In this document: in pieces, positions 14,304-27,962 of the stretch | How positions within the stretch are numbered: position 1 is the stretch's first letter | Layout of the letters: each line of letters starts with the position of its first letter | Assembly (NCBI GenBank): GCA_024679065.1 | Contig: JAGIQG010000018.1 | Location: 46,128,001-46,192,000, forward strand | DNA from: Sphyrna mokarran | Taxonomy: Eukaryota | Length of the DNA stretch: 64,000 bases | Direction: 5' to 3' | The notes under the pieces: model-generated | The model's database searches: none | Told to the model about the DNA's origin: nothing | The model's input: the letters and a program-made list of their open reading frames with translations, nothing else | Position numbers and translations under genes: made by a program

Positions 14304-14499
14304 ATATCGGGAATGAGGATTTGTAGGGGTTATGGGGTGCCTCTGGATTACTAGTCAGCAATATCACCATTATGCCACTACCTCATTAGTATGTTACAGA
14401 ATTGGGTGCGAAGGGAGGGGGAATAGTGTTGATGTACATTATATGCAGTTCACTGTCCAAATTTATACTGACACCCATAAACTAAATCAAATATTGTTG

Positions 14500-15460
14500 C
14501 AGTTAGAATCTATAGAAATTATTTTGAGCCTGCACTCTCCATCAGATGGAATTGTGGCCTGTGCTCAAAATCCAGAGATCGTGATTCACGCCAATGACTT
14601 TCTGAGTTCCGATTTTATTGGCTCCTTGCTGGTGGAGTGGTGTGAAATACACCATGGACTACAGAAAGCTAGTTTTAGTACATTAATACGTTATTAGCAA
14701 GAATTATATCTGGGATTTCCCTCCTCATCGGATATTCAGCAGACACTGGCATACCATCTCACTGGCACCCTCTACAAGAAATTAGCCTAGACATGAACCT
14801 TTCATGAGTGTCTCCTCAGGATCATAATGGTATGTACGATTTCCTGGAGAGAGGGGTATGGTCAGGCAGTGGCCTGGCAATGAACTCTGGCAATGCCTCT
14901 TAGCACATGCCAGTGCCAATCCGCATTAAGGGGTAGGCCTCAGTGGGAGTCTTATGGGTTGGGGTGTGGGATTCATTTAGATGTGATTGCAGCTGGGTAT
15001 GGATGGCAGAGCAGGGCTTGTTGGTGATAGCTGTTGTGGTAGGAGATGGTTGCTGACTCTGACTCTGGAGCAGTGGGATGGAGGTTTGGGAGTAAGTGCT
15101 GATGATCAATGAAAAAGGGAGAACAGGCCAGTGATCAGGGTGGAAGGGAGGGGAAGAAGGTGCTGATGATTCGGGCAGAATAGAAAAGTGCTGCCTCTGA
15201 TTGGGGCAGCGGGTGTCTGAAACCTCTGTAGTGGGCAAGGGGGAAGGTTTACTCAGGTTCTGATCAGGGTGCTCTTTAATGATGGTGTTCCAATCTTGTG
15301 CACCCAACTTCTGCCAGTGCGTTCAAGCCCACTGCAATATAACGTGAAGAACGTCCCTATAAGATCTGGAGAAAAAAACAACCAATTTCGCTGGAGAAAA
15401 ACATGCCAGTTTTCTTGCTGGAATCAATATTCTGCCATTTCTTAGTAAGATTTCTCCTTA
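14500..15460. mobile_element. Decayed Harbinger-like non-autonomous element
   Basis: G-rich core with TGATCAGGG motifs and right end GTAAGATTTCTCC, similar in architecture to 19432-20467 and 46569-47970. Confidence 0.35.
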
Positions 15461-16163
15461 TATTTCTTTAGGCAATAAACTACTAAAAACACTTTTCGAT
15501 TTTCCAAGTGAGACACTAAGAAATTCACTGCACGGTGTAAGGTTGACTTCACTGCCTGCTGTTCTCACTAACACCATCTGTTATATTTGTTCTCTTCTAT
15601 TCACAATTCTACTAAAACAATCAATGTTGGCCTGATCCCTTCTTTTGAACAGAATTGAATCTCACTCTCTGTCTCGCTATCTTTCTCACTGTTCACTTAG
15701 TCAATTAATGCAGAAATAACATACTCCACTCAGGTCAGTTGCAAAAAGCTACTTGGCCGACCTTCAGATTTCTTAAACATGTTTTGATTTTAGCAGTAAT
15801 GTGTTTGTCATTTTTGTCAAGAGAGTATAAAAATACACAGTCGGTATACGTGGATTTTTACGCAAATTAAAGCTGCTCTCTGGAAAACCTCATTACAATT
15901 CATTCTTTGCGGTGCAATGGGTTAACGAGATGACTTTAATGTTTATGCTTACTCTCCATACTAATAGAAAACAACTGATTTCAGTAAAGAATCCATGGTA
16001 AGTGCTGTGACAGTACCTTAAAAATCCATTTGACATATTAATGCTAAATATTGAAATTAATTTGAATTTCCCCAAACTCTATCAATATTCAGCATGAGTA
16101 TTTTCGATCAGTTGCTAAAAACATACAAAGGCAAGCAACAGTAGATTTACATGCATAGGGTTA

Positions 16164-16475
16164 CATAGAATGTTCAAAACAGAAATAAACCATTCAGCCC
16201 AAGTGATCCATATCGATGGTCCACATGAATCTTGAAAGAAATAAGAACAGGAGTAGACCAAATGATCTGTTGAGCCTGCTTCCCCATTCAACGTAATCCT
16301 GGCTGATCATGAGTTTCAACTCCATTTTCCTGTTACTCCCCCTATCCTTTGGTTCCTTGAGAGACCAAATATCAGTCCATCCCAGCATTAAATGTATGCA
16401 ATGATGGAATATCTACAACTCTCTGGAACAGAGATTTCCAGAGATTCACAACCCTTTGAATGAAGTAATTACTCT
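16164..16475 (-). mobile_element. CR1 LINE 3' fragments (two adjacent tails)
   Basis: CATAGAA...CCATTCAGCCC and AAGAAATAAGAACAGGAGTAGACC tail signatures, followed by AGATTCACAACCCT. Confidence 0.7.
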
Positions 16476-16980
16476 TGAATGGTATTAAATTTTATGCAAT
16501 AGAAATAAAGAAGATACATTGTAATTTTAAAGCCACTGTCTAGTAAAATCTGCATTTAAACAGGTCCTTTGATTTCCACTTTGATTCCTTTCACTGGGGA
16601 TGAATCCTCAGGTCATGGACAACATTTGTACCCCTATATACACAACAAGGCAACAGACTCAAGAATAACCCTCCCTCATTTGTCTCTGTTAATAAAAAAA
16701 TTAGGTCAGATGAGTGGGAAGAGGAGGTTGCAAGCACAGCTACCCATGTTGGTTCAGCGCCAAGAAAGGTCTGGCACAAGCACAGGGATGATTCCATTCA
16801 TTTTCATTCTGCTTAAACCGGGCACATTAGAAGAATAAATTTGACTTGAGCATTTTGTGCTTATTTATTGTTGCAATACTGGGATATGTAATAGTTTTAT
16901 TCTGCCGTTTCTCACTTTTCAATTGCCATGCACTAAGAGGGCATTGGGATGTTGGCCAAGATTATGCTCCACAAGGTACT

Positions 16981-17674
16981 TGTTAAGGTGCCTGATCAGA
17001 ACACCAAGGTATAATTTGAGACCAGACTAGACCCCAACATTTTTTTTAACTTTGGCATAAATGTGAGATTAGGATATTCCAGGCATGATTCTACTGACAA
17101 ACTAGAGGTTTTATCAAAACCAACTTTATTTAACCATGCAATTTAGTTATAACAAATGAATTAGCTTAACTTTTAACAGACGAAAAATACTTAAAATGAA
17201 AGGAAACAATTCTAAGGTCTAACTTATCAGTTTATCAGTTCTCACTCTGCAATATTTCTCTTATAGATTTAAAACACTTTAAACATTGTTAGCAAAACAC
17301 AGGCAGATTCACTTTAACTTTTGTTAATAGTCTTGGTATTTTGAGAGAGATCTTTTCAGAGAGACAAAGAAAGAACTCTGCCTTTAACCAGCTCCATTCA
17401 GCAATTGCTCTTTGCTTAAAATGAAAATGAAACTGATTTTCTGCTACAAACCTGGCTCCTGCCATTAATCCATCTTCCATTAGGAAAAATAAAAAAATTA
17501 AGCGTTTTATTAAATAAACACTTGCATGGTAAAAATGAGTAATTAACCTGTTTTCTCAACATCTACAGCATTCCTTCCCAGACAAACTGACCCTCTGTAG
17601 AAAATCATTATCTCTTTGCCTCTTACAGCAGTCTCCCCCAAAACATAAAATATTAATAACATGGTATCATCACA
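16981..17674 (-). mobile_element. Solo LTR, same family as 4047-4804
   Basis: TGTTAAGG...GGTATCATCACA is the reverse complement of the 4047-4804 termini. TSD TACT/TCCT (1 mismatch). Confidence 0.75.
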
Positions 17675-19146
17675 TCCTGCAATTATTTGTCACTGCTGTC
17701 TGCAGGTTCTAGCTGACCAAGTGACTCTCTCACTCTTATTGTCTGCCACAGGTGTATTGGAAGGATTTACAAGTTGATAATTAACCTGATGGGCCACATT
17801 ATGAGCATGGCCATCAAATTCCAGAGTGAGATCTGCATTTCTATTTAATAATTGATGAGAAAATATGATCAGACTAGGGTTATATTCATGAGTTTGGTAC
17901 AGTTACTGAGTTAAAATTATTTTGCCATGTCTCAATTAAAGAACAGTAGTCTCTAAGATTTATTTGATTGTTAAGTTGTCACTGCAGCAGTACGTGTGTG
18001 TTTCAATGCACAGCCAGGTACAAAGCAATATTGCAAAATTACATTTAAATATCCAGTATCCTTTGAAAATTGTAACTGACTCATTCTGCACAATACATCC
18101 TGCCTGACACAGGAAACAACAAAATTAACAAAATTATTTGAAAAGAAGGAGTCAAGAGATGCACTGTGAGATTCTGCGCCATCAAGTCTAACATCTGTCA
18201 AGAGGAATGTTTGTAATGATTTTGAATCTGGTCAACACTTATAAAACATTAAAGGGCAATTAGCATATACACAAAAGGATACTGAAATAGAATGTTTGCA
18301 AGACTTCTGCCAATTTATCACAATTAATTTTGGAAGACAGTTAGCCAAACAAACTTCAGAGAAATAAGCCCAGATATTCAAGAGCATGCATCGATGAGGG
18401 CTAAGGAAATTCCAATATTGAGTCTCAAGCCTAACAAGCCAGCAAAAAGTTGTCATGAAGTAGCAGGAACCTCACTGGTGAAGTACGATAAGTACTAGTA
18501 AAGTGTGTAAGTTATTTGGAAGTATTCACTTTTTATATAAAGTGGAGAATATTTAATCTAATCTGCACTTGGACTTTCCTCAGAGAGAATAGTTGTCAAT
18601 TTTTGTCAGATCAGATCTGGAAAGGCAGATAGAACATAGCTGTCATAGGGGATGTGGAGGATTAAGATTACATTCTCCACTCATAAAATTGAAGATTAAT
18701 CTAAGCATATTAACCAGAGAGCAATGTGTGATCACTGGCAATACTGTGGATCAGATTACTCCATCTTTCCAACCAGGCATATCTGTATGAATTGAAGGGA
18801 TGCATGAAAGATGAGATAAGTAAAATTACGCCTTCAGAAAATAGGCAGAATTCTTTTCACAATCATCACATTTCATTCTGTATCTGTTGGGGATAGTAGT
18901 GGACACTTAATTAGCTTCCCCTTCGTAGGTCAAAGGGCATATGGGGCATGGTGGTGGTAGGTGAAAGGCTAACTATCCAAGTTTGACTGTTAAATTTCTG
19001 TCTTTTATGGCCATGATGAGCCTCAGAGGCACTCACAGTAGTCGAATCCTGAAATTAAACCCTTTTAAAGATGTCAGCTTTCAGTAGACAATGGAAGCCA
19101 AAGAGTTCCAGAAAACTCTGGAACTCTTAGTCTACCTGAATTTAAA

Positions 19147-20930
19147 ACATAAGGTTAGGGGCAAGAGAAAACCATGTAGCCTGTTAAGCCTGCTTCAACT
19201 CCACTTGTCCGCTTTCTCCCTATAGCCCTCGATTCCCTTCAGAGACCAAAAGTCTCTCAGTACCTTAAATATACTCAATAATGACACGTGTACAATCCTC
19301 CAGGGTAAAGAATTCAAATGATTCACAGCCCTTTGATGAAGAAATTCCTCTTCATCTCAATCCAAAATGGTGAGCCCGCTACTCAAAGACTATGTTCCCA
19401 TGTTCAAGATTCCTCAGCCAAAAGAAACAATGGGAGAAATTTTATGAGTATGATTCTAAGTGTCCAGCTAGCATGAAAATGGGATGTTTGCAAATCCGGT
19501 TTTGGACAGGTTTTTACACCAAAACTTGTGCACATAGTGCATGAAAAAGTTGGCTAGACCATTTCTATAAACAGTGGGTGGGCTTAATTCACCAGCTAGA
19601 CTGCAGAGGGAGCTATTGCACATGTGTAGCCCTTTGATTGTGCACATGTACAATTGCAACAATAGAGAGAGAACGATCAAGCTTCTTCCATTGGAGCCAG
19701 TCAGAACACAACCAACCCCTCTCCCTGCAATCATGTAGTCCATGGCTGATTACGAGCCCCATAGCACCAAAAATATTGCCCTGGCCATCCCACTGCCTTT
19801 ACCGCCAGATAAATCACCCTCCCTCCTTCTCCCCACAGATCACCTGCAGAACGATAGCATGATCCCATCTTCCCCCCAATACTTAATACCTCCAGAGTAG
19901 CAGTGAATTTCCCATCCCTTCCTTCCTAATTGTGCTGCCCTGGCCTGGCCCTGCCCCTCCAGGTCCCACCCCACAAACCTCTCGCCTATATTCCCCCACA
20001 GGTACCTCAACCTGGAGGGCTGTCCCTTGGCACAGCCAATGTGGCACCTTGACAATGTTCACTGGGCATTGCCAAGGTAGGCTGGCACTGCATAAGGCAG
20101 ACCCTCCATTGCCCTAGATCTCCTCAAGGGTCTCAATAGCGTCCAATTCTATTGATGAGGCCAATATAACTACAGCACCAGTTCATGGGAAGCAGATGTT
20201 TCCCTCGCCAGAGAACCTCTCCCGGCAAGGCCATAAAGGCAAACAAACCTAGATGATGGAGTATCAGGCTCACTAATACCATTTAAATTAGTATTAGAAT
20301 AAATATAATTTCATTTTTAGTGAGAGGCCGACTTTGCCAGAAATCCGCCTCCTGTGAGATTGTAAGAACCGGGAAATTCAGCTGATCCTGACTTCTGCCC
20401 TCTCGCACTATTTTACCGGTTCACTCTACCCATCGATTGAATGAGTAAAATCAGTAAAATTCTACCCAATATCCTACTCCATCAAGCCCTGTCATAATCT
20501 TGAATGTTTCAATGAGATCACTTCTCATCCCAATGAACTCCAGAGATCATAAGGCCAATTTACTCAATATCCTTTCATTGTGACAACTCTCTCCTCTCAA
20601 CAATCAATCTAGTGAATCTTTGATATAGTACTTCTGAAACACATATATCCTTTCCTCAAGTTTGGAAATTAAAATTGTATACAGTATCCCAGGTGTGGTC
20701 TCACAAAAGCCCTTATAATGTCAGTAAAGACTTATTTATTTTTGTATTTCAATCCCTGGAATAAAGGCAAAATACAATTTACTCTCCTAATTGCTTGATG
20801 TACTATGCTAATCTTTTGTGGTTCTTTACGAGTACATCCAAGTCCTTCTGAACATCAACATTTACAAGTTTCATATCTTTCAGAAAAGTACTCCACTCTT
20901 CTATTCTTAAAACCGAAGTGAATACTATTG
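19147..20930 (-). mobile_element. CR1 LINE 3' fragment split by the 19432-20467 insertion
   Basis: CR1 tail at about 19150 and GAAGAAATTCCTCTTCATCTC; the sequence resumes at 20471 and includes CAGTATCCCAGGTGTGGTCT. Confidence 0.7.
19432..20467. mobile_element. Non-autonomous PIF/Harbinger element
   Basis: TIRs GGGAGAAATTTTA / TAAAATTCTACCC with a 3-bp TSD AAT (19429-19431 and 20468-20470); cleanly interrupts a CR1. Confidence 0.75.
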
Positions 20931-23499
20931 AACATGGCATGTAAGTCAACCTTTGAAGCATCCAAAAATCCCTTCACAAATGGAGGTTGAATTATATGCC
21001 AAGTATAAACATTAACCAGCAGTGTAGGTGATCGCCATTTTGAAATATGAAAAAAAATGGTTTTTCAAATAAAGTAATTGTAAAAAAGATACATTTAACC
21101 ATAATCAAAGCATTTTAAAACCATTAAACTCATTATTTTCTGCATCTAATGCAAATTCACTCTAAGTTATTTTGGCTTTGGCACATATGTAAGGATCTAC
21201 TCTGAATCAGATTTAGTGCATTCACTTTCAGAATCATCTCTCCGTGACAAATGACCTTTCTTTCCATTGATTGAATTCGATATACCATATCTTTAAACAA
21301 CCTAGTGACAGTTTGCACACAAACAATATCCCATGATTTGATAATGAAACCACACAAAATATCCAGCAGGGCAACACTTAGATTTCCACTCTTTGTGAAG
21401 ATTTTTTTCTCCATCAGCTATCCACCAATTCCACAGGGCACAGGCATGATCTTTGAATGCCTTATTGAGGCACATAAGCAAATGTTAAAATACAGATGTC
21501 AGACCCACTCATATAACAACATGTGGATGTTATTTCTTCACAGGCACCTCTTGATCTCATTAGTTATATGGGATCTGAATCCACACGATGAAGTTGCGTT
21601 CTTTACATAAGCCAATGCGAATGTCTCTTTCACACATTATTGATCCATAACTTCATTTCATCCTCATGCATCCTACCTTTGGACATTGACAAATGTTTGA
21701 AAATTACCCAAGCTTTAATTTTGTTCCATTGGCCATGTTAATTAGTAGCACTATAAATCTTCTCATATTTTGGCACTTTCATGAGAACTGTTTTCAAATT
21801 TTTTCACTCCACAATTTAACTGCTAAGCCTAATAAAATTCATGGGTACTCATCCATGTTACAGATGTGGTTTAGTGGGTACACTGTTTTTGTCGCTGTCT
21901 GGTAATGAACAGCTAGAAATTGGTAATTTTGGCATCAAAGTCCTTTGGTAGATTTGATACAATCTTGGTCTTTCATTGCAACATTAGGCTGTTTTGGTTC
22001 ATAAAGCAGCTACACCAACTAGCTGTTGGTCTGAAATCTTTGCTGGACACAGGGTTTGAGATGGTTCAGTTAAGTGCATATACACACATTGTATTTCTGA
22101 TGATGATGTAACCATTCCAGTGATTTTTTTTTGAGGATCCACTCTGATACATGCTTCTCAAGATCAGGCCAGTGTCTGGTTTGATGGCAACATTTGGTCT
22201 TGAGTATTTTCTGCAAAGCAGATTTCTTTTTCCTCCTTTCTCACACCAGTTTTCCACTAACATCAAACGCCCTTGCTGCAGCACAATTATTTGACGAGTT
22301 AACAAATGTTACCATTTTTAGCTTGAAAGCATTTTCATACATTATTCTTTTTGCTGGAAACCCTATTTCTTTTCATCACTCACCATGCTTTATACAGCCT
22401 ACTATGCATATGCATGACTTAAGCTCCCATGCACATTCTGTACCATACAGCCCACATTGTTTGCCTCATCACCTGCACTGACTTGCAGTATAATGTAAAT
22501 AAAACATGCACTTCCAAGGTGAAAAATTGAGATTGACTCCAAATGTAAGTATTGTATTTCATAACTGAAAAGAAAGGTAATCATCATATATAACGGGGGT
22601 TGACTAATACTCTGCAATATATAGTATCCTCACACTTCACCACGTTATACTTCATCTGTCAGTTTGTTTCCCACTGACTTAACATATCTTTTTGCAGCAT
22701 CTTTATATCCTCCTCACAGCTCCCAATTTAACTTAGTTCTGTACTGAACAACAAATGTTGGCTTCGTCAGAAATGTCCACATGCCAAGAAGGAATAAAAG
22801 AAACAAATTTCACTAGTCACTGCCTGCTAAGTTGAAAATACCCTATTTTAACTTACCGTCTGCTTATTTTCTATTAACAATCAATTATTGATCCCATATC
22901 ATATGTGACACCTATTAAGTGCCTTTTGAAAATCCAAGTAAACCATATCTACTGGTTTTCCATTATCTAGCCTTCTAGTTAGAGAAAATCTTCCCCCAAA
23001 CCCCTGAAAGAAGCAGTAGTCTCTGCAGTTACATGCTGCCAATGGACAGTAAACAACCCTGCTATCCCCATTCTTATCCCAATCATACAGACCTGCCTGC
23101 CTAGCTCCAGCAAGTTGCAGGAAAAAAATACATTTGGTCTATGTTGAGGAACCCTCTCCCTCTCAGTGACTTCCAGTAAAATGCTGTCTGGCCTTCTTGC
23201 TAGCCTCCAGGCTGCTGGTGGCAGAACCACTTCTTGAAAATATCAGCCTAATATATATAACTCATATTTACTATTTTAAGTTATCATCTTTCTGTTCCTG
23301 AATGGGTTTTCATTAACATGATCCTGCAAACCTGGGTAAGAAGGCTGATTTGCTCTAAATTCTCTATAAAAATACATTCCATGTAAAATGAAACATAACA
23401 CACTTACTGTTAATCTAAACATCGATCAATAATCACAAGTGTGCAGAAATTAGCTTTAACAGTTCAAAAGGAAGGCAATATTTCTGTAGCTGCTCACCT

Positions 23500-23700
23500 C
23501 TTAAGCCAAGAAATTCATGTTAAAGCCTCAATTCCTTATCTGGGCCTAAGCACCATATCTCAACTCAAGTTTAAGTGCTGTAATGAGGGAGTGTTTCATT
23601 GTCAGAGATAATATCCTTTTGATGAATAGTAAACTTTTCAGTTGGCTTAGGAAGACATTGTAAGTCCGTTGGTACTATTTCATAAAGTACAAGAAAGTCT
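23500..23700 (+). mobile_element. Highly decayed Deu-domain SINE
   Basis: AATGAGGGAGTG...TTGTCAGAG...TTTTGATGA...GGTACTATTTC resembles the copies at 37690 and 50360. Confidence 0.4.
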
Positions 23701-25430
23701 CTATATGATAATACCATCTTGCATTTAACCTGGTAAAACATTCAAAGACATTTCACAGGAGCATGATCATGTAGAACCATTAAGCCATGCAAAAAGATAT
23801 TCAGGCTGAAGACCAAAAAGTAGTTTTTAAAGAATAACTTAAACAAGAAGAAAGAAGTGAGAGGGGGAGATGGAAATTTTTAAGCAAAAAATTTTATCTT
23901 AAGGCTGAGATGAAGGCACTATATAAAAATGCATAGCATTTCTTTAACATTATTATAAGGTAGGAGCCTATGAAATTATATTCACGGCAGGAAAAGGTAC
24001 TTTCAAAAAGTATTATTCACAAAAATTACTCACAAATTCTTGAGACGCACCTCTTTGGTTGCCATTCCACACTGAGGCTACTACACTGCAGAATAACTCC
24101 TGCAATGTTCTAGGACACAAAAGAATAGCTATTGTACCTTAAAAGACTAAGTAACCATCACTGGACCATCAGTACCATTTGAATCCTCTTTACAATGCAG
24201 TTTCTGCTGGAGCTTTTCTTCATTCTTTTAAACTTGTCAATCATAGAAAACTATACATCCCTTGCACTATTTGTGGAAGTTGAAGATTGCAGGGTCATTT
24301 ACTCTGTATGAATACTTAAGTGTTCAACACTGCGTCTTGAACACTCAACATTATATGCGCATACAAGCATGGGCACATGTACAGCATTTGCAATGCCAAC
24401 AATTTTCCTGAAACTTGCTACCTGTTAGGGTAGCAGAAGTGGAAATTTCCATTTGATGATTTAAAAAAAAAATGAATGTTCACATAAGGAAAATAAACTT
24501 ACAGAGCTACAGGGTTAGAGCAGGAGAATGGGACTGACTTGATTGAGAGCTATCGTGGACTCAAAGTGTCAAATGCCCCCCTTTTGTCCTTTATTGACTG
24601 TGTGACTCTTATTCATGTTATTACCTAATAGCTGAATCATACACTATTTTTCAGATCTTCAGAAAATCAGCATTTCAAGTCACATTTGGTTATTATGAGA
24701 TGTGCAAGCGAATTATGACAGCAGGAAATATTTCATTATAATGTCACATTAAGGAATTAATTTGCCAGATTCTGCCTGGTCAAGAAGAATTGCTTGGAAA
24801 ACTACTGCTTTTCAATTCCATTCAACATGATTCCTAACAGAGTTTGTAGAGATGTTATCATTTTATTTCACTGATAGGGCAGCAAAGAACCCTAAAGCAG
24901 TTTTTATTTCCATTGGGGCAAGTGGTAAAAATCAAGGGGAAGCCATTGTAATTGCAACCAAAATACTTGTATTGAAAAAATGATTAAGTGGTGGGTTTGA
25001 CAATCAATGATTTATTTGGCTCACCATCTATTTGAAAAAGCATCAGCATCTGGAAGAGTCATACATTTGCATGTTTTCTTGTTAAACATATCTAAGATGT
25101 GACACAGTCACACACAAGGATTATCCATAATGTATTTGTCCCTCAGGCACCTAGATACAACACATTCAAACTGTGTGACAGAATGGATGTAATGGACTGA
25201 GATGAGAATCATTTCATATACTTCAAGGGTTTAATGGATGCATCCGCAGAAATGACCTTAGGCTTTGTATCTTGTTTTTGTCTCACATATATCTTTTATT
25301 GCAGCATAATAAAGGCAAATTAATATCAAAAGGTGCATTTAACTGTATATCTCTTTCCACTCTAATTCTGCATGTTTACACCAATTAATTTTGTTTTCTT
25401 GAGATTGTGTCTGTATTTTGTCTTTTTCGA

Positions 25431-25985
25431 CCATAAGAGATGAGAGCAGAATTAATTAGACCATTTGGCCCATCAAGTCAGCTCCACTATTCAACTATGG
25501 CTGATAAGTTTCTCAACTCCATTCTCCTGCCTTCTTCCCATAACCTGAGATCCTGTTACCAATCAAGAACCCATCCATCTCTGTCTTAAATGTTCTCAAT
25601 GAACAGGCCTTCGCAGTCTTCTGTGGCAATAAATTCCAAAGATTCACTTCCCTCTGGCTGAAGAAATTCCTCCTTATCTCGGTTCTAAAGGATTGTCCCT
25701 TTATTCTGCCATTGGATACTAGTCTTGCCGACTAATAGAAACATCTTCCCCATGTCTACCCAATCCAGGCCTTTCAGTATTCTGTAAGTTTCAATGAGAT
25801 GCCCACTGATCCTTCTAAACTGTATTGAGTATAGGCCCAGAGTGCTCTAACGCTTCTCATACATCAATTTTTCATTCCAGGGATCATTCTTGTGAACCTC
25901 CTCTGGACCCTCTCCTTCCTTAGATTATGGAGTCCAAAATTGCTCACAACACTTCAAATGTGGTCTGATTAGAGTCTTACAAATT
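25431..25985 (-). mobile_element. CR1 LINE 3' fragment
   Basis: CATAAGA...GACCATTTGGCCC tail; the ORF end reads KTLIRPHLKCCEQFWTP (cf. CR1 [13 protein letters not shown]). Confidence 0.85.
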
Positions 25986-26859
25986 TGTTTTTCTAACCAC
26001 CAATTCAAACTACAAGTTAACTTTATGAGAATCTTAACCTTTGTTTGGAAGGATAAGAGTTGGCCTACATTTGGAAGTGTCAGAAAAATATTAAGAGTTG
26101 GAGAATAAGAGTAACCAATAGGTTTAAGGGGCCATAAATGCACAGCACTAAAGAATCTCAAATACAAATAAAAGCTGTAGCAAGAAAAAGGAAGATTAAA
26201 AAGGATTGAATTGCTAAGATTTGAGAATAGTTCCTTTTGCAGTGACAAGAAATCAAATAGGCCCACGATTAATCTTCTGAAGATTAAGGTTTTGGATACA
26301 GAAGGAAATAGCAGGCTTACTATTGCAACAGATTATCTGATCCTGGTTTTACAAATAACAGAGATTGTCTTGCAGGTAAGCACTTGAAACACCAGCTGCC
26401 TCCAAATTAGAACAATAAAACTAACTAATCATATGGACAAACATAAGTATCTATATAACTAAGTATGTAAGGGTACTACTGTAATTACATAAAATACGAT
26501 AAAATGCAAATCAAGTTAGGCATGGTAATCAAAGAGAATACAACATCTAAAACATAAATAAAAGCAAATCTCAATGAAGTGCCTCTACTTGATTGGTAGA
26601 AACAATCAAAATGATCTAGACTGAGGGCATAGGTAGGAGAAAATGAATACATTGTAAAAACCAAGCACACACCAGAAGCTGGCAGGGAATTTAACATACA
26701 GGGAAATAAAAAAGAAAGATGGGTTTAGATTGCTTAATCGTCATGGAAAATTGAACTCCAAATTCAAATTACCATGAGGAGACTTGAACCATCAAACATT
26801 GGATTATTATTTCAGGCCTCTGGGTGAATTGTCAATTTCATAAACACTAACGTTTTAAG

Positions 26860-27430
26860 TGGTTGAAAGAACAGTTTTCTATCCAAATGTTCAGAAAAGT
26901 GCAAAATAAGATTCACAAGGATGACACTGAGAAGATATATTTATCAGGAAGGATTGACTTTTTTTCTCAAGGAAATAAAAGACTGAGGACTGACTTAATG
27001 GAGATTATTAAGATCATGAATGGGCTTGATAGGCTTGTCATCAAGAGAGTATTTTCACTTTCAAGCAGGACCAGAAGTCGAGGCTGTAAATATAAGGCAG
27101 TCTCTAAAAATCCAGTAAGGAACTCAGGAGAAATGTGCAAATCAAGATCCACAAGGGTGATACTGAGAAGATATATTTATCAGGAAGGGTTGACTCTTTT
27201 TTTCTCAAGGAAATAGAAGACTGAGGACTAAAAAAGTAGAAAAATTAAAAGTAAGAAGTGTGTTTGAGGTGAGTAGCATAGTTGCATTTATGAGGAAACT
27301 AGATAAACACAGGTCAGGGAATGGAATTGAAGGATATATTGATGCGGTTAGATGAAGAGTAGAAAGACACTGATCAAAGAATAAACATCAGCACAAAGCT
27401 TTTAGACTGAATGGCTTGTTTCAACCCTGT
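26860..27430 (+). mobile_element. Decayed CR1 3' fragment with an internal duplication
   Basis: KRLRTDLMEIIKIMNGLDRL and SRTRSRG motifs; tail GACTGAATGGCTTGTT at about 27405. Confidence 0.7.
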
Positions 27431-27962
27431 AGATATGCTGTTCCATCTCTTCTATAAGTCACAAAATCCACAAGACTGAAAACCATTACTAAGATGTGAT
27501 TTAAACTCACATTCACAAAATTATTGATCTAGGCCTCTGGAAACAATCCATTGATGTACATATAAAAAACAGTTGTGCAGTGTTACTTATTTGTGTACAT
27601 TTATTAGTGTTACTTATTTTGTATCACCAGAAAATATATTTTAAAACTTTTGTCACACAATATATTCTGTACCCATTATAGGGAATTCACATGATACCTG
27701 ATCCGGCAAGTAAAAAAAAAATCAAAATACAAAACTTGGACCTTTGGAATATAATTACCATAATTTATTCAACTTTAAGGTTACCAACAATCAACATCAG
27801 TGAAGATGAGAACAGTAATAACAAACTGCATAAAGTAAATTTGAATGAAGTGAGAACTGAACTGAAGAAAATTAAACAAATGTTGAGAAATAGTTCAATG
27901 AAAGAAAGATGAATTACTAAGGAAAATCTGTGCAAAACCTATTCAGTCTAGTCTACACTTTA

